Below, one piece after another: positions 30,256 through 40,133 of a stretch of 64,000 bases of DNA. Source of the DNA: an uncultured delta proteobacterium (GTDB lineage: Bacteria > Myxococcota_A > Polyangia > Fen-1088); the NCBI GenBank assembly GCA_963767925.1, contig CAVYGB010000002.1, positions 864,001-928,000 on the forward strand, in the 5' to 3' direction. Each line of letters begins with the position of its first letter. Within the stretch, counting starts at the first letter, position 1. Position numbers and translations under genes: made by a program. The notes beneath the pieces were generated by a model, which was not told where the DNA came from, made no database searches, and worked only from the letters and a program-made list of their open reading frames with translations.

Positions 30256-31611
30256 GTGCTGACGCGCCTGTCAATCGCCGGCTTCAAGAGCCTCCTCGAG
30301 GTGGACCTCCGGCTGGGGCCGCTGACCTGCGTCGTCGGCGAAAACGCAGTCGGCAAATCCAACCTCTTCGACGCGATCCGGTTCCTGCATCTCCTGGCAA
30401 CCCGACCGATCCCGGATGCCGTCGCACATATCCGGGAATCTCGGGGACGGAGCGCGAAGTCGGCCGATCTCTTCACCACGTTCGGTTCTGCTCGCGCGAC
30501 CGACGAAGTCCGGGTGAGCGCCGAGATGATCGTGCGTCCCCGGGCCCAGGATGAGTTCGGGGCGCAAGGAGACGCTTCCCTCACGAGCCTTCGCTACGAA
30601 GTGACATTCGGACTGGACCCGCAAGAAGATCGGCTCGTTCTGAAGCAAGAGTGCCTCAGCCCGATCACGCTCGGCGAAACCAGAAAGCGCCTCGGTCCTT
30701 GGGCTACTCGCCCCTTCGTCGATTCTGTCCTGCAGGGTGCGCGCCGGGGAGTGGATTTCATCAGCACCGATGACGAGGGGACCATTCATCTTCATCAGGA
30801 TGGACACGGCGGACGAAAGGTGCCCGCCGCCAAATCATCGCGGACGATCCTCAGCAGCGTGAACGCCGACTTCCCGACCGCCCTCGCCGCCAGGCGCGAG
30901 ATGGAGTCCTGGAGGATCCTGCAACTCGAGCCCTCCGCGATGCGGGCTCCGTCCCTGTACTCCGACCCAAAGTTCATCGATGAACGCGGCGGCAACCTGG
31001 CGGCAACTCTCCACCGGCTCTCCAAGCTGCGAGGTCCGAACGTGTGGAGCGAGATCGCCACGCGCGTGTCGCGCCTGGTGCCCGACGTCCATTCATTGTC
31101 AGTCGAAGACGACCCGCGCCTCGAGACCCTCACGGCACAGGTCCGTGGCTCGGACGGCGCCGTGCGCCCGGCGCGCGCCTTGTCTGACGGCACGCTCAGG
31201 TTCCTGGTTCTTGCGACTCTCGCCGCGGACCCGGAAGCCACTGGTACGGTCTGCGTGGAGGAACCAGAGAACGGCATCCATCCCGACAGGGTCAAGGACA
31301 TGGTGGAGTTACTCTATGACCTTGCTGTCGACTCGGAGTCTGCCGTGGATGAGGACAATCCACTCCGTCAGATAGTCATCAACACGCACTCTCCGCTCGT
31401 CTTTCGAGCCGTCCGACGCGACGACATCGCCTTCATGGAGTTCGTGGACGTCTTCAAATCGTCAATCAGGGGGCGTTCTGCGAGCATTCGAGTGCCCAAG
31501 GACACCTGGCGAGCGAAGTCCACCGAACCCACTCACGCCGTGATTCAGCCGGCTCGGACCTACACCTGGGAGAAAATGCGTTTTTCCTTCGGCGACTCCG
31601 ACGGATCATGA
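30256..31611 (+). CDS. ABC-type AAA ATPase (AAA_21/COG4637-like)
   Basis: GFKSL, Walker A GENAVGKSN, LSDGTLRFL, Walker B VEEPENGIHP, H-loop NTHSP; more A/T at third codon positions than flanking genes. Confidence 0.88.
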   Translation: MLTRLSIAGFKSLLEVDLRLGPLTCVVGENAVGKSNLFDAIRFLHLLATRPIPDAVAHIRESRGRSAKSADLFTTFGSARATDEVRVSAEMIVRPRAQDEFGAQGDASLTSLRYEVTFGLDPQEDRLVLKQECLSPITLGETRKRLGPWATRPFVDSVLQGARRGVDFISTDDEGTIHLHQDGHGGRKVPAAKSSRTILSSVNADFPTALAARREMESWRILQLEPSAMRAPSLYSDPKFIDERGGNLAATLHRLSKLRGPNVWSEIATRVSRLVPDVHSLSVEDDPRLETLTAQVRGSDGAVRPARALSDGTLRFLVLATLAADPEATGTVCVEEPENGIHPDRVKDMVELLYDLAVDSESAVDEDNPLRQIVINTHSPLVFRAVRRDDIAFMEFVDVFKSSIRGRSASIRVPKDTWRAKSTEPTHAVIQPARTYTWEKMRFSFGDSDGS

Positions 31612-32264
31612 GTGATCTCGTCCTGAGGCTCACGCTGCTGGCGGATGGCACGAGCGACGGATCTCTGCTGACGGTCATTCGCTGGATGATCGGCCAGATC
31701 TCCCCGCCAGTTGTTCTCGAAGCCACGCTTGCTGACCTCGCGATATTTCCGTCCCCACCCAGGACGCTGGCGGCGAGAATCCGGAAGACGCTGGAGTACT
31801 ACCCGGCGGACCTTATCTTCGTTCATCGAGACGCGGAAGCGCAGGATCCGAAGGTCCGCAGAGAGGAGATTCGTCTGGCGATGCCGGGCGCTGGCGGAAT
31901 GCCCTCCTGGGTCCCGGTGGTTCCTGTCCGGATGACCGAAGCGTGGCTTCTGATCGACGAGCGGGCAATTCGCGCTGCCGCCGACAATCCCGCCGGAAAG
32001 GTGGCGCTCGAGCTTCCCGATCTGAGAAGGATTGAACGGACTCCGGATCCCAAGCAGGTCTTGCGGAAGGCCCTGGAGCACGCCTGTGAGAAGCGGGGCC
32101 GACGCCTCGAGCAGTTTCGAAGAGATCTCGGCAAGAGGATCCAGCGCGTGGCCGACCTCATGCAGGATTTGTCGCCATTGCGGCAGCTCGAGTCGTTCCG
32201 GACGCTCGAGGAGGATACGACCCGAGCCCTGAGTGCTCTCGGGCTTGCCAGGCGTCCGACCTGA
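31608..32264 (+). CDS. DUF4276-like (TOPRIM-fold) partner of the ATPase
   Basis: ADGTSD, FVHRDAE, PVRMTEAWLL, DPKQVL, LRQLESF motifs; ATGA overlap. Confidence 0.75.
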   Translation: MSDLVLRLTLLADGTSDGSLLTVIRWMIGQISPPVVLEATLADLAIFPSPPRTLAARIRKTLEYYPADLIFVHRDAEAQDPKVRREEIRLAMPGAGGMPSWVPVVPVRMTEAWLLIDERAIRAAADNPAGKVALELPDLRRIERTPDPKQVLRKALEHACEKRGRRLEQFRRDLGKRIQRVADLMQDLSPLRQLESFRTLEEDTTRALSALGLARRPT

Positions 32265-32324
32265 CCGATATCGTTGTTCACCATCCACGTCCGGCGCTGC
32301 AGACCGCGGGGGCTGGCGGAGGCT

Positions 32325-34229
32325 TCAGCCGCGGGGGAGGCTGAAGACGCTGGTGTCGAGTTGCTCGACGGCGCGGTCGGACTCGACGAAGCAGTTGCGG
32401 TGGTCCATCGCGCCGGACAGGTCGGTGTTGGCGAAGGCGATGCGGCCGAAGGGGGCCCGGCGGAGGACGTCGCGCGGCGCGGGCTGGCCGTTGCGGCCGA
32501 AGAAGAAGCCGGGCTGGGGATTGACGTAGGCGTGGCCCCAGCGGTTGAGCACCAGGCCGGCCAGGTGGCGGCGCGGGTCGAAGCCGGAGCGGCCGAACAT
32601 GTCGGCGAGCTGCTCGCGGAGGCGGCGCTCGTAGGCCCGGAACGACGTGCCCATCATCTCGATGCGCCCCCGCGCCCCCTGCACCTCGACCGGCTCGCCG
32701 GGGTAGGAATAGAGCACCTTCAGCGTCAGCACGGTGGGTGAGTCGGGGCCGATGGTGGGGGCGGCGCCGCCGAGGAGGGCCTGCTTGCGCACCTCGAGGT
32801 AGTTGCCGACCCCCTCGAACCAGCGGCAGCCGCTGATGCCGAGGTCGTAGAGGAAGCGCCAGTTGCGCACGGCCAGGTTGGCCATCAGGCAGGGCGAGCG
32901 AAAGAACTGGGCGTAGGCCTCGCGGTGGCTCGCCGGCAGGTCCCGCACGACGTGGCGGGTGGTCCAGCTTCCGCCCGCCATGACGACGGCCCGGGCCCGC
33001 ACCCGTTCGACCCGCCCGCCGCGCAGGTAGGCCACCGAGACGGCGCTCGACCTCTCCGGAGGGCCGTCGTGGGCCACGGCGAGCACGGTGGCGCGCAGCC
33101 GGATGCGGGTAGCCTGCCCCGGGCGATCGAGCGCGCGGAGGTCGACCTTGCCCCGGCAGACGCCGTCGGTGCTGCGCGGTCCGGAGATCGCCGCGGGGAT
33201 GAGCGTCTTGACCATCAGGCGGGCGAAGCCGGTGTTGCCCCCGGGAAACATCTGGTCGCCGCGCGCGTCGCCGTCGCCGGGGTGCTGCAGCCCGGGGGCG
33301 TAGCGGCAGTAGGCCGACAGCGCGTCGGGCCCCAGCCCGTAGCCGCCCCCCTCCACCGGCGACAGGTAGGTGCGGATCGTGTCGCGCGACAGGCCGGTGG
33401 TCTCGACGATGTGATCCTCGAGCGTGATCGTGTCGAGCCGCCGGGAGATGGCGTCCCCCTCCTCACGCGGGCGCGCCACCGGCGCCGCCGTCGCGTCGGG
33501 GTGGCGCAGGCGCAGCAGCTCGGCGCGGGCCCGGGCGGGGATGGGCGCCCCCTCGAGCTTCTTGCCCCAGGGATCGATCAGCCACATCCCCGGCCGCTGG
33601 CCGAAGCGGGCTCCGAAGAAGTAGCCGTAGGTCGCGCCCTGCGCGCCGACCATGTCGTAGGGCGCCTGCGACAGCGGCACCTCGGGCGCCCGGCTGCCCC
33701 AGGTCTGGTAGTCGAAGGCCCGCCGGTCGACGCCCATCCGCTCGTAGTAGCGATTGGTCAGCCCGCCCGGGCGGGGCGCCCAGAACACCGCCGAGCCCTG
33801 GTGGGCCACCAGGCGCTGCCCGTCGACGAGGAACTCGTTCTGCTTGGCCTCGCCCCCGAAGAGGCGGTGGTTGTCGATCACCAGGCAGCTCCGCCCCCCC
33901 TTGGCGCCGAAGGCCAGCGCCGCCGCCAGCCCGCTGAGCCCGCCGCCCACCACGACGAGATCGTGGACCTCACCCGTCTCCACCGCGCCGGCGGGCAGCT
34001 CGCGGTAGGCCCCGTCCCGCAGGGCGTGGGCCGCCGCCATCACCTCGGTCGTGTTCCCGTTCGAGTGCCGGTATTCGCCGACCCCGCCCTGCCCGTCCCA
34101 GGTGGGCCCCAGCCAGGCCTGCGGCGCCGCCCCGCCGACCAGGGCATCGCCCGAGGCGATCAGCGCCCCGCCGAGGAAGTCGCGCCGGGTGATCCCGTCA
34201 TTCAGCCCGAGCCGTTCGTCCGCGCTCAT
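32325..34229 (-). CDS. FAD-dependent oxidoreductase, spermidine dehydrogenase (SpdH)-like
   Basis: ITRRDFLGG, VVGGGLSGLAAA, FGGEAKQNEF, FPGGNTGFAR, NRWGHAY, GRIAFANTD. Confidence 0.8.
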   Translation of the reverse strand: MSADERLGLNDGITRRDFLGGALIASGDALVGGAAPQAWLGPTWDGQGGVGEYRHSNGNTTEVMAAAHALRDGAYRELPAGAVETGEVHDLVVVGGGLSGLAAALAFGAKGGRSCLVIDNHRLFGGEAKQNEFLVDGQRLVAHQGSAVFWAPRPGGLTNRYYERMGVDRRAFDYQTWGSRAPEVPLSQAPYDMVGAQGATYGYFFGARFGQRPGMWLIDPWGKKLEGAPIPARARAELLRLRHPDATAAPVARPREEGDAISRRLDTITLEDHIVETTGLSRDTIRTYLSPVEGGGYGLGPDALSAYCRYAPGLQHPGDGDARGDQMFPGGNTGFARLMVKTLIPAAISGPRSTDGVCRGKVDLRALDRPGQATRIRLRATVLAVAHDGPPERSSAVSVAYLRGGRVERVRARAVVMAGGSWTTRHVVRDLPASHREAYAQFFRSPCLMANLAVRNWRFLYDLGISGCRWFEGVGNYLEVRKQALLGGAAPTIGPDSPTVLTLKVLYSYPGEPVEVQGARGRIEMMGTSFRAYERRLREQLADMFGRSGFDPRRHLAGLVLNRWGHAYVNPQPGFFFGRNGQPAPRDVLRRAPFGRIAFANTDLSGAMDHRNCFVESDRAVEQLDTSVFSLPRG

Positions 34230-34424
34230 GGTCGTCGCCCTCCCGGCGGCCCGCGCGCCACCGCCCGGGCGGGCCACAGTATATATCCGCCTCGCCCTGC
34301 CCCGCGTTGGCCGCGCGCAAATTTTGCTGCGACGACAAGGCGTGGCGGGCCGTGCAAGGCGACGGGGTCGACTGAAACGCCGCGTGGTTCAGGTGGGCGG
34401 GCATCCGGTCGATGTCGACCGACC

Positions 34425-34983
34425 ATGCGTAAATGGACCCCGTTGTTGCTCGCGACCGCTGTCCTGCACCTCTCGCTGCCGGGGCCCGCGCGGGCGGCCG
34501 AGCCCTGCCTGACGAACTGCCAGGCGGAGGGGCCCGGCGCGGCGGGCGCGCCCCTCGATCGGGAGGCGGAGCGGGCGCGCGACGCGGAGGAGCAGCGGCT
34601 CGACGAGCAACGCCGGCGCCTGGAGAAGGCAGAGCGGGCGCGCGCCGAGCTCGAGCAGGCCCAGGCGGACCAGCGCCGGCTGGAGACCTTCGAGGAGGAG
34701 TCGGTCTCGGCGACCCGCCGCCGGGTGGGCGGAATGGCCCTCACCATGGCCGCCACCACCGGCTGCCTCACCGGGCTGGCGCTCTACCTCGGGACCAAGG
34801 GGACCCGCACCGGCGAGCGCAGCTACCGCCCGATCGCGCTACGGCCTGGCCGGGTTCTCGGTGGTGACGGCGATCCTCGGCGCCGGGTTCCTGATCTCCG
34901 GCTTCTCCTCGGACACGCGCGACGTCGCCCTCGACGTCGGCCGCGATCGCCTCACCGCCTCGCTCGGCTTCCGGTTCTTCTAG
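34425..34983 (+). CDS. Hypothetical exported/membrane protein, frameshift near 34835
   Basis: Signal peptide ARA, coiled coil, TM; shifted frame continues YGLAGFSVVTAILGAGFLISG...LGFRFF* to TAG 34981-34983. Confidence 0.55.
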
Positions 34984-35013
34984 CCCAGGCGCAGGGCGGG
35001 CACGCCCCCCCGG

Positions 35014-35709
35014 TCAGCGGGCGGGGGGGTTGACGGGGACGACGGTGACTTCGGTGCCGTGGGTGACCCCCGACATGGGCGTCACCCCGAGCCCGACGGG
35101 GGCGGAGATGTCCAGGGTGGGCTTCTTCTCGAGCGGCACGGTGGCGCCCGCGCGCTCGCGGGCGACGATCTTGATTACCGGCTTGCCCTCGGCCTTCTCC
35201 AGGTAAAACGCGTAGGAGGCGACCGCCCGGAAGCGGTAGTTGTCGAGGTAGCTGAACAGGCCGACGCTGCGGCCCTGGTAGACGAGCACCACCGTCAGCG
35301 AGTGCAGGCCCCGCCCCAGCCGGACGTCCATGGCCCGCGCCGCGATGTCGAGCTCGGCCTTGCCGCTGGCCTTGAGGTGGGCGAACTGCGCCCCGTCGAG
35401 CATGAAGAAGGCGTCGACGAGGCGGAAGCGCTTGCCCATCTCGCTGCGCGCCTCGATCCGCACCGGCTCGATCTCGTCCCGGGGCGGCGCCGGCCGCACC
35501 GAGGCTTCCCGAACGTTGGAGCCCGGATGGGGGAGACCGTCGAAGGGACCGGCCAGCAATACCCACGCAAGCAAACCGATAGATGCCATCACCGACAAGA
35601 CAAGTGTGCAGCATCGCCAGCCCCCTGCCCACGTGACTCGACGCTGGAGCCCCCGCGCCGGTGGTCCGATCTGCGTGGTTGTGGGTGGTCCAGCTCGGGT
35701 CGTGACCAC
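35014..35709 (-). CDS. Hypothetical protein (myxobacterial-type beta-sandwich), start uncertain
   Basis: TM followed by MGKRFRLVDAFFMLDG...HSLTVVLVYQG...LFSYLDNYRF. Confidence 0.55.
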   Translation of the reverse strand: MVTTRAGPPTTTQIGPPARGLQRRVTWAGGWRCCTLVLSVMASIGLLAWVLLAGPFDGLPHPGSNVREASVRPAPPRDEIEPVRIEARSEMGKRFRLVDAFFMLDGAQFAHLKASGKAELDIAARAMDVRLGRGLHSLTVVLVYQGRSVGLFSYLDNYRFRAVASYAFYLEKAEGKPVIKIVARERAGATVPLEKKPTLDISAPVGLGVTPMSGVTHGTEVTVVPVNPPAR

Positions 35710-35849
35710 CCTCCCCGCATCGAAAGCTCGGCGGCCCGCGGGAAACCCGCCATGACGCCGTCCGCGGCCCGGCCGGCTGCTTCCGACGCCGGTGCGCGGC
35801 TACCGGCCGGAAGGCCCGGGCAGCCCGAGCAGCGGGCCGACGACCGAGG

Positions 35850-36965
35850 TCAGGGCAGAAACGCGCCCGGCGTGTCGGTCTCGATCCGGCGGACCGCCTC
35901 GTTCGGCATGGCGACATAGAGGTCGCGGCAATCGAGGACGCCACGGCCGAAGGCTATGCTCGAGAAGTGCCGTCCCTCCAGCACCCGGACCGCTGGCGCC
36001 TCGCTGCTGTCGATGCGGGCGAGCTGGGCCTGGCCGCTGGGCTCGTAGGTGCCGACGTAGAGCCGCCCCGCACGGTCGAAGGCCATCCCGTTGGCCCAGC
36101 CGTCGTAGGCCCCGTACATCGACCGGTCCTGCTCGCGGGCGTCCTCGAGCACGATGCGAAAGATGGGACCCCGGGCGGTGCCGGCCAGGAGCGCGCCGTC
36201 GGACGCGAAGGCCAGGGCGGTGGGCGAGTTGGGGCCGCCGAGCCGCTCCGGGGTGACCTCGCTGCGAATCCCCTCGGGCGTCACCCGATGGATCTTCCCG
36301 TCTCCGCGCTCGCTGAAATAAACGTCGCCCCCCCGGTCGACGGCGAGGTCGTTCGGCACCAGGAGCCCATCGATGAGCAGCTCCACCGTAGGCGGGTCGG
36401 CTTTCAGATCCACCCTGTGGATCGACCCGGTGTCGCTGCTGGCGACGTAGAGCCGGTTGCGCTGGCCATGGACGGCGAACCCCCACACGCCGACGCCGCG
36501 GCCGGGGATACGCACCCACTGCAGCTCGGGCTCCCCGCCGCCGGGGCGCAGGCGGCCGACCCAGGCCTCCGGCTGGCCGGCGCGCGAAAAGTAGATCGTC
36601 CCGTCGGGGCCGATGGCCAGACCGTCGGCGTTCTCGATCCCGCTGACGTCGGGCTTCTCGCGCCCACAGGTGGGGATCGAGCTGGCGCCGCTGCTACCGC
36701 CGACGGGCGGCGCCACCTCGCCGCGGTTGGCGGCATCCGGGATGGCCGCCGCGTCGGCCTCCGAGGAAGGTTCCGGCGTCGGAACCGGCGCGGGAGGCAG
36801 CGGCAGGCCGCCGCGGTTCGTGTCCCGTCCGGCGTCGGCCCGGGTGCGCACCTCCGGCTCGCGCGAGGGCGGCTGGATGTCAGCCCGGCAGGCGCTCGCG
36901 GCCAGCGCACAGAGCGCCACCAGCGATCGCCCCGCGCGGACCGAAAGCACATCCAATTTCACCAT
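35850..36965 (-). CDS. SMP-30/gluconolactonase/LRE family lipoprotein
   Basis: Lipobox ASAC, repeats ADGLAIGPDG, PNDLAVDRGGDVYFS, ANGMAFDRAGRLYV. Confidence 0.82.
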   Translation of the reverse strand: MVKLDVLSVRAGRSLVALCALAASACRADIQPPSREPEVRTRADAGRDTNRGGLPLPPAPVPTPEPSSEADAAAIPDAANRGEVAPPVGGSSGASSIPTCGREKPDVSGIENADGLAIGPDGTIYFSRAGQPEAWVGRLRPGGGEPELQWVRIPGRGVGVWGFAVHGQRNRLYVASSDTGSIHRVDLKADPPTVELLIDGLLVPNDLAVDRGGDVYFSERGDGKIHRVTPEGIRSEVTPERLGGPNSPTALAFASDGALLAGTARGPIFRIVLEDAREQDRSMYGAYDGWANGMAFDRAGRLYVGTYEPSGQAQLARIDSSEAPAVRVLEGRHFSSIAFGRGVLDCRDLYVAMPNEAVRRIETDTPGAFLP

Positions 36966-37292
36966 GACGCCCCCTTTCGCGCACTACCGCCCTCACGATG
37001 ACGCGTCGTTTTCGATGCCGAAAAAGCCATCTTCGTGAAAGTGGCCCCGGAGGTCGGAAAGGTCTCCTCTGCCGCGTGAAAATTTGTCCGTGAGAGACCC
37101 ATCGGGGACCTGCATGCACGTGTGCCTCCCGATGCTGTCGGCCCCTGTGGCTCGTTCGCCTCATTCGTTCATTTGAAAACCTTCCGATCGAGATGAGATA
37201 AAATATGGCCTGTGCGTGGTCTGCCGGGGACCCCCGGGCGGACGCCAGCAGCGGCGATCGGCGCGGGTCCAGGCGTGAAGGAGGGTGCAGCG

Positions 37293-39555
37293 ATGAAGGC
37301 AATCGAGTCGGAGATCGCCGAGACCGAGGGGTGGTTCGCCAGCCCGCGCTTCGAGGGGGTGACGAGGCTCTATTCGCCCCGCCAGGTGGTCGAGCAACGC
37401 GGGACCATCCAGCCCGACTACACCGTCGCCCGCACCGCCGCCGAGCAGTTCCACGCCCGCCTGCGCGAGCTGTTCACCGCCCGCAAGTCGATCACCACCT
37501 TCGGCCCCTATTCGCCCGGGCAGGCCGTCGCCCTCAAGCGCATGGGCATCGAGGGCATCTACCTCGGCGGCTGGGCCACGTCGGCCAAGGGCTCGATCAA
37601 CGAGGACCCAGGCCCCGATCTGGCCAGCTACCCGCTGAGCGCGGTGCCCGACGAGGCCGCCCCCATCGTGCGCGCCCTGCTCACCGCCGATCGCAACCAG
37701 CGCTTCGCCCGCCTGCGCATGAACGAGGCCACCCGGGCCGCCACCCCCGAGGTCGACTACCGCCCCTTCATCATCGCCGACGCCGACACCGGCCACGGCG
37801 GCGACGCCCACGTGCGCAACCTCGTGCGCCGGTTCGTCGAGGTGGGCGTCCCGGGCTACCACATCGAGGATCAGAAGCCGGGGGTCAAGAAGTGTGGGCA
37901 CCAGGGGGGCAAGGTGCTCGTCCCCGAGGACGAGCAGATCAAGCGCCTCAACGCCGCCCGCTTCCAGCTCGACGTCATGAAGGTCCCCGGCATCGTGGTG
38001 GCCCGCACCGACGCCGAGTCGGCCACCTTCCTCGACGGCCGCGGCGACGAGCGCGACCACCCCTTCATCCTGGGGGCCACCAACGTCGAGCTGCCCACCT
38101 ACAAGGTGGGGGCCCTGGCCATCCTCAAGCGGCTGCGCGACCTCGGGGTCGACGACGTCTTCGGTCACCAGCTCTTCAAGATCTCCGACGCCGAATACGA
38201 GGAGGCCAACGCCTGGCTGGCCCGCACCGGCGTCATGCGGGCGATCGACGAGAGCGCCCGGGCCATCGGGCAGGCCGAGGGCCCCGCTCGCGACGCCCTG
38301 CTGGACAAGATCGACAGCCGCTACCTCGAGGCCTGGCAGGCCGAGGCCAGCCTCAAGAGCTACCCCCAGGCGGTGGCCGACGTGATCGCCTTCCGGGGCA
38401 ACGAGGGCGATCGCTTCGAGCTGACCACCGAGCAGTGGCTGGCCTTCGCCGGCACCACCTCGTTCCACAACGCCCGGGCCCGGGCCCGGGCCATGGGGAT
38501 CAACATCATCTGGGACTGCGAGATCTGCAAGACGCCCGAGGGCTACTACCAGGTCCAGGGCGGCCTCGATTACGCCATCGCCAAGTCGCTGGCCGCCGCC
38601 CCCTTCGCCGACATCCTCTGGATGGAGACCAAGACCGCCGACCTGGCCGACGCCAAGCGCTTCGCCGAGGCCATCCACGCCCAGTTCCCCGGCAAGATGC
38701 TGGCCTACAACCTGTCGCCCTCGTTCAACTGGGACACCACCGGCATGGGCGACGAGAAGATGCGCCAGTTCCCCGAGGAGCTCGGCAAGATGGGCTTCGT
38801 CTTCAACTTCATCACCTACGGCGGCCACCAGATCGACGGCCTGGCCGCCGAGGAGTTCGCCACCGCCCTCCGCCAGGACGGCATGTTGGCCCTGGCCCGG
38901 CTGCAGCGGAAGCTCCGGCTTGTCGACTCTCCTTACCGCACGCCCCAGACCCTGGTGGGCGGGCCCCGGGGCGACGCCGCCCTCATGGCCGCCTCGGGCG
39001 GCACCGCCGCCACCAAGGCGATGGGCAAGGGCTCCACCCAGCACCAGCACCTGGTGCAGACCGAGGTGCCGACCAAGCTGCTCGAGGAGTGGCTGGCTCT
39101 CTGGACCAAACACCACGCCCTGTCCGCTGCCCTGCGGGTGCGCCTGCGGCCCCACACCGCCGGCTCGGAGCTGCTGGAGCTGGGCCTCGTCACCCCCGAC
39201 GGCGAGCGGGAGGCCAACGTCGTGTTCGACGCCATCGTCGACCGGCGCGGCCGCAACATCCTGTCGATCCGGGACCAGAACACCTTCGACAAGGCCCTCC
39301 GGCAAGAAGCGCCTGATGACCCTCATCCACCTGTTCCTCATCCACCGCTACAAGGCCGCCTCGGTCCACTACGTCACCCCCACCGACGACAACCGCTACC
39401 AGACCCAGAAGATGAAGGCCCACGGCCTGTTCAGCGACGTCCACGACGAGGTCGGCCAGATCATCGTCGCCGACGTCAGCCCCGACAACGTGAAGGCCCT
39501 GCTGGCGCCCGACCGCGAGCGCCTGCTGGCCCTCATCGAACGCCGCCACCCCTAG
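37293..39555 (+). CDS. aceA: Isocitrate lyase, large (ICL2-like) form with C-terminal domain; 1-nt frameshift at about 39302
   Basis: DADTGHG, IEDQ, KKCGH catalytic loop, [11 protein letters not shown]-terminal [16 protein letters not shown]...HYVTPTDDN is in the next frame, ending TAG 39555. Confidence 0.92.
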
Positions 39556-39572
39556 ATCGGAGATCCCCTCCC

Positions 39573-40124
39573 GTGCACGCCTGGCATGACATCTATGTCG
39601 ACGATCAGCTCGTCGACCGCGAGTTTCCCGTGGTCATCGAGGTCTCCAAGGGGGACAAGAACAAATACGAGCTCGACAAGGAGACGGGCTTTCTGCGGCT
39701 CGACCGGGTGCTTTACAGCTCGGTCCACTACCCGGCCAACTACGGCTTCGTCCCCCGCAGCTACTGCGACGACGGCGATCCCCTCGACGCCCTCGTGCTG
39801 GGGCAGGAGCCGGTGCACCCCCTGACCATCGTCGAGTCCCGGGCCATCGGGGTCATGCGCATGCGCGACGACAAGGGGATCGACGACAAGATCATCGCGG
39901 TCAACGTGCGCGACCCGGCGGTGTCCGACTACCGCGACCGCGACCAGCTCCCCGCCCACGTGGGCCGGGAGATCATGCGCTTCTTCCAGGACTACAAGGT
40001 GCTCGAGCAGAAGCAGGTCGTGGTGGAGAACATCCTCGGCCCCACCGAGGCGATCGCCATCTTGCGCGACGCCCTCGACCTGTACCGCCGCCTGCGCCGG
40101 GGCGAGGTCACCCTGCGCAAGTAG
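39573..40124 (+). CDS. ppa: Inorganic pyrophosphatase (family I)
   Basis: [46 protein letters not shown]. Confidence 0.93.
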   Translation: MHAWHDIYVDDQLVDREFPVVIEVSKGDKNKYELDKETGFLRLDRVLYSSVHYPANYGFVPRSYCDDGDPLDALVLGQEPVHPLTIVESRAIGVMRMRDDKGIDDKIIAVNVRDPAVSDYRDRDQLPAHVGREIMRFFQDYKVLEQKQVVVENILGPTEAIAILRDALDLYRRLRRGEVTLRK

Positions 40125-40133
40125 GCGGTGCAC

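Noticed and set aside
37212..40124. Genuine 970-aa isocitrate lyase-pyrophosphatase fusion
   Set aside because: The linker is the out-of-frame reading of the conserved ICL C-terminal domain; ppa has its own GTG start
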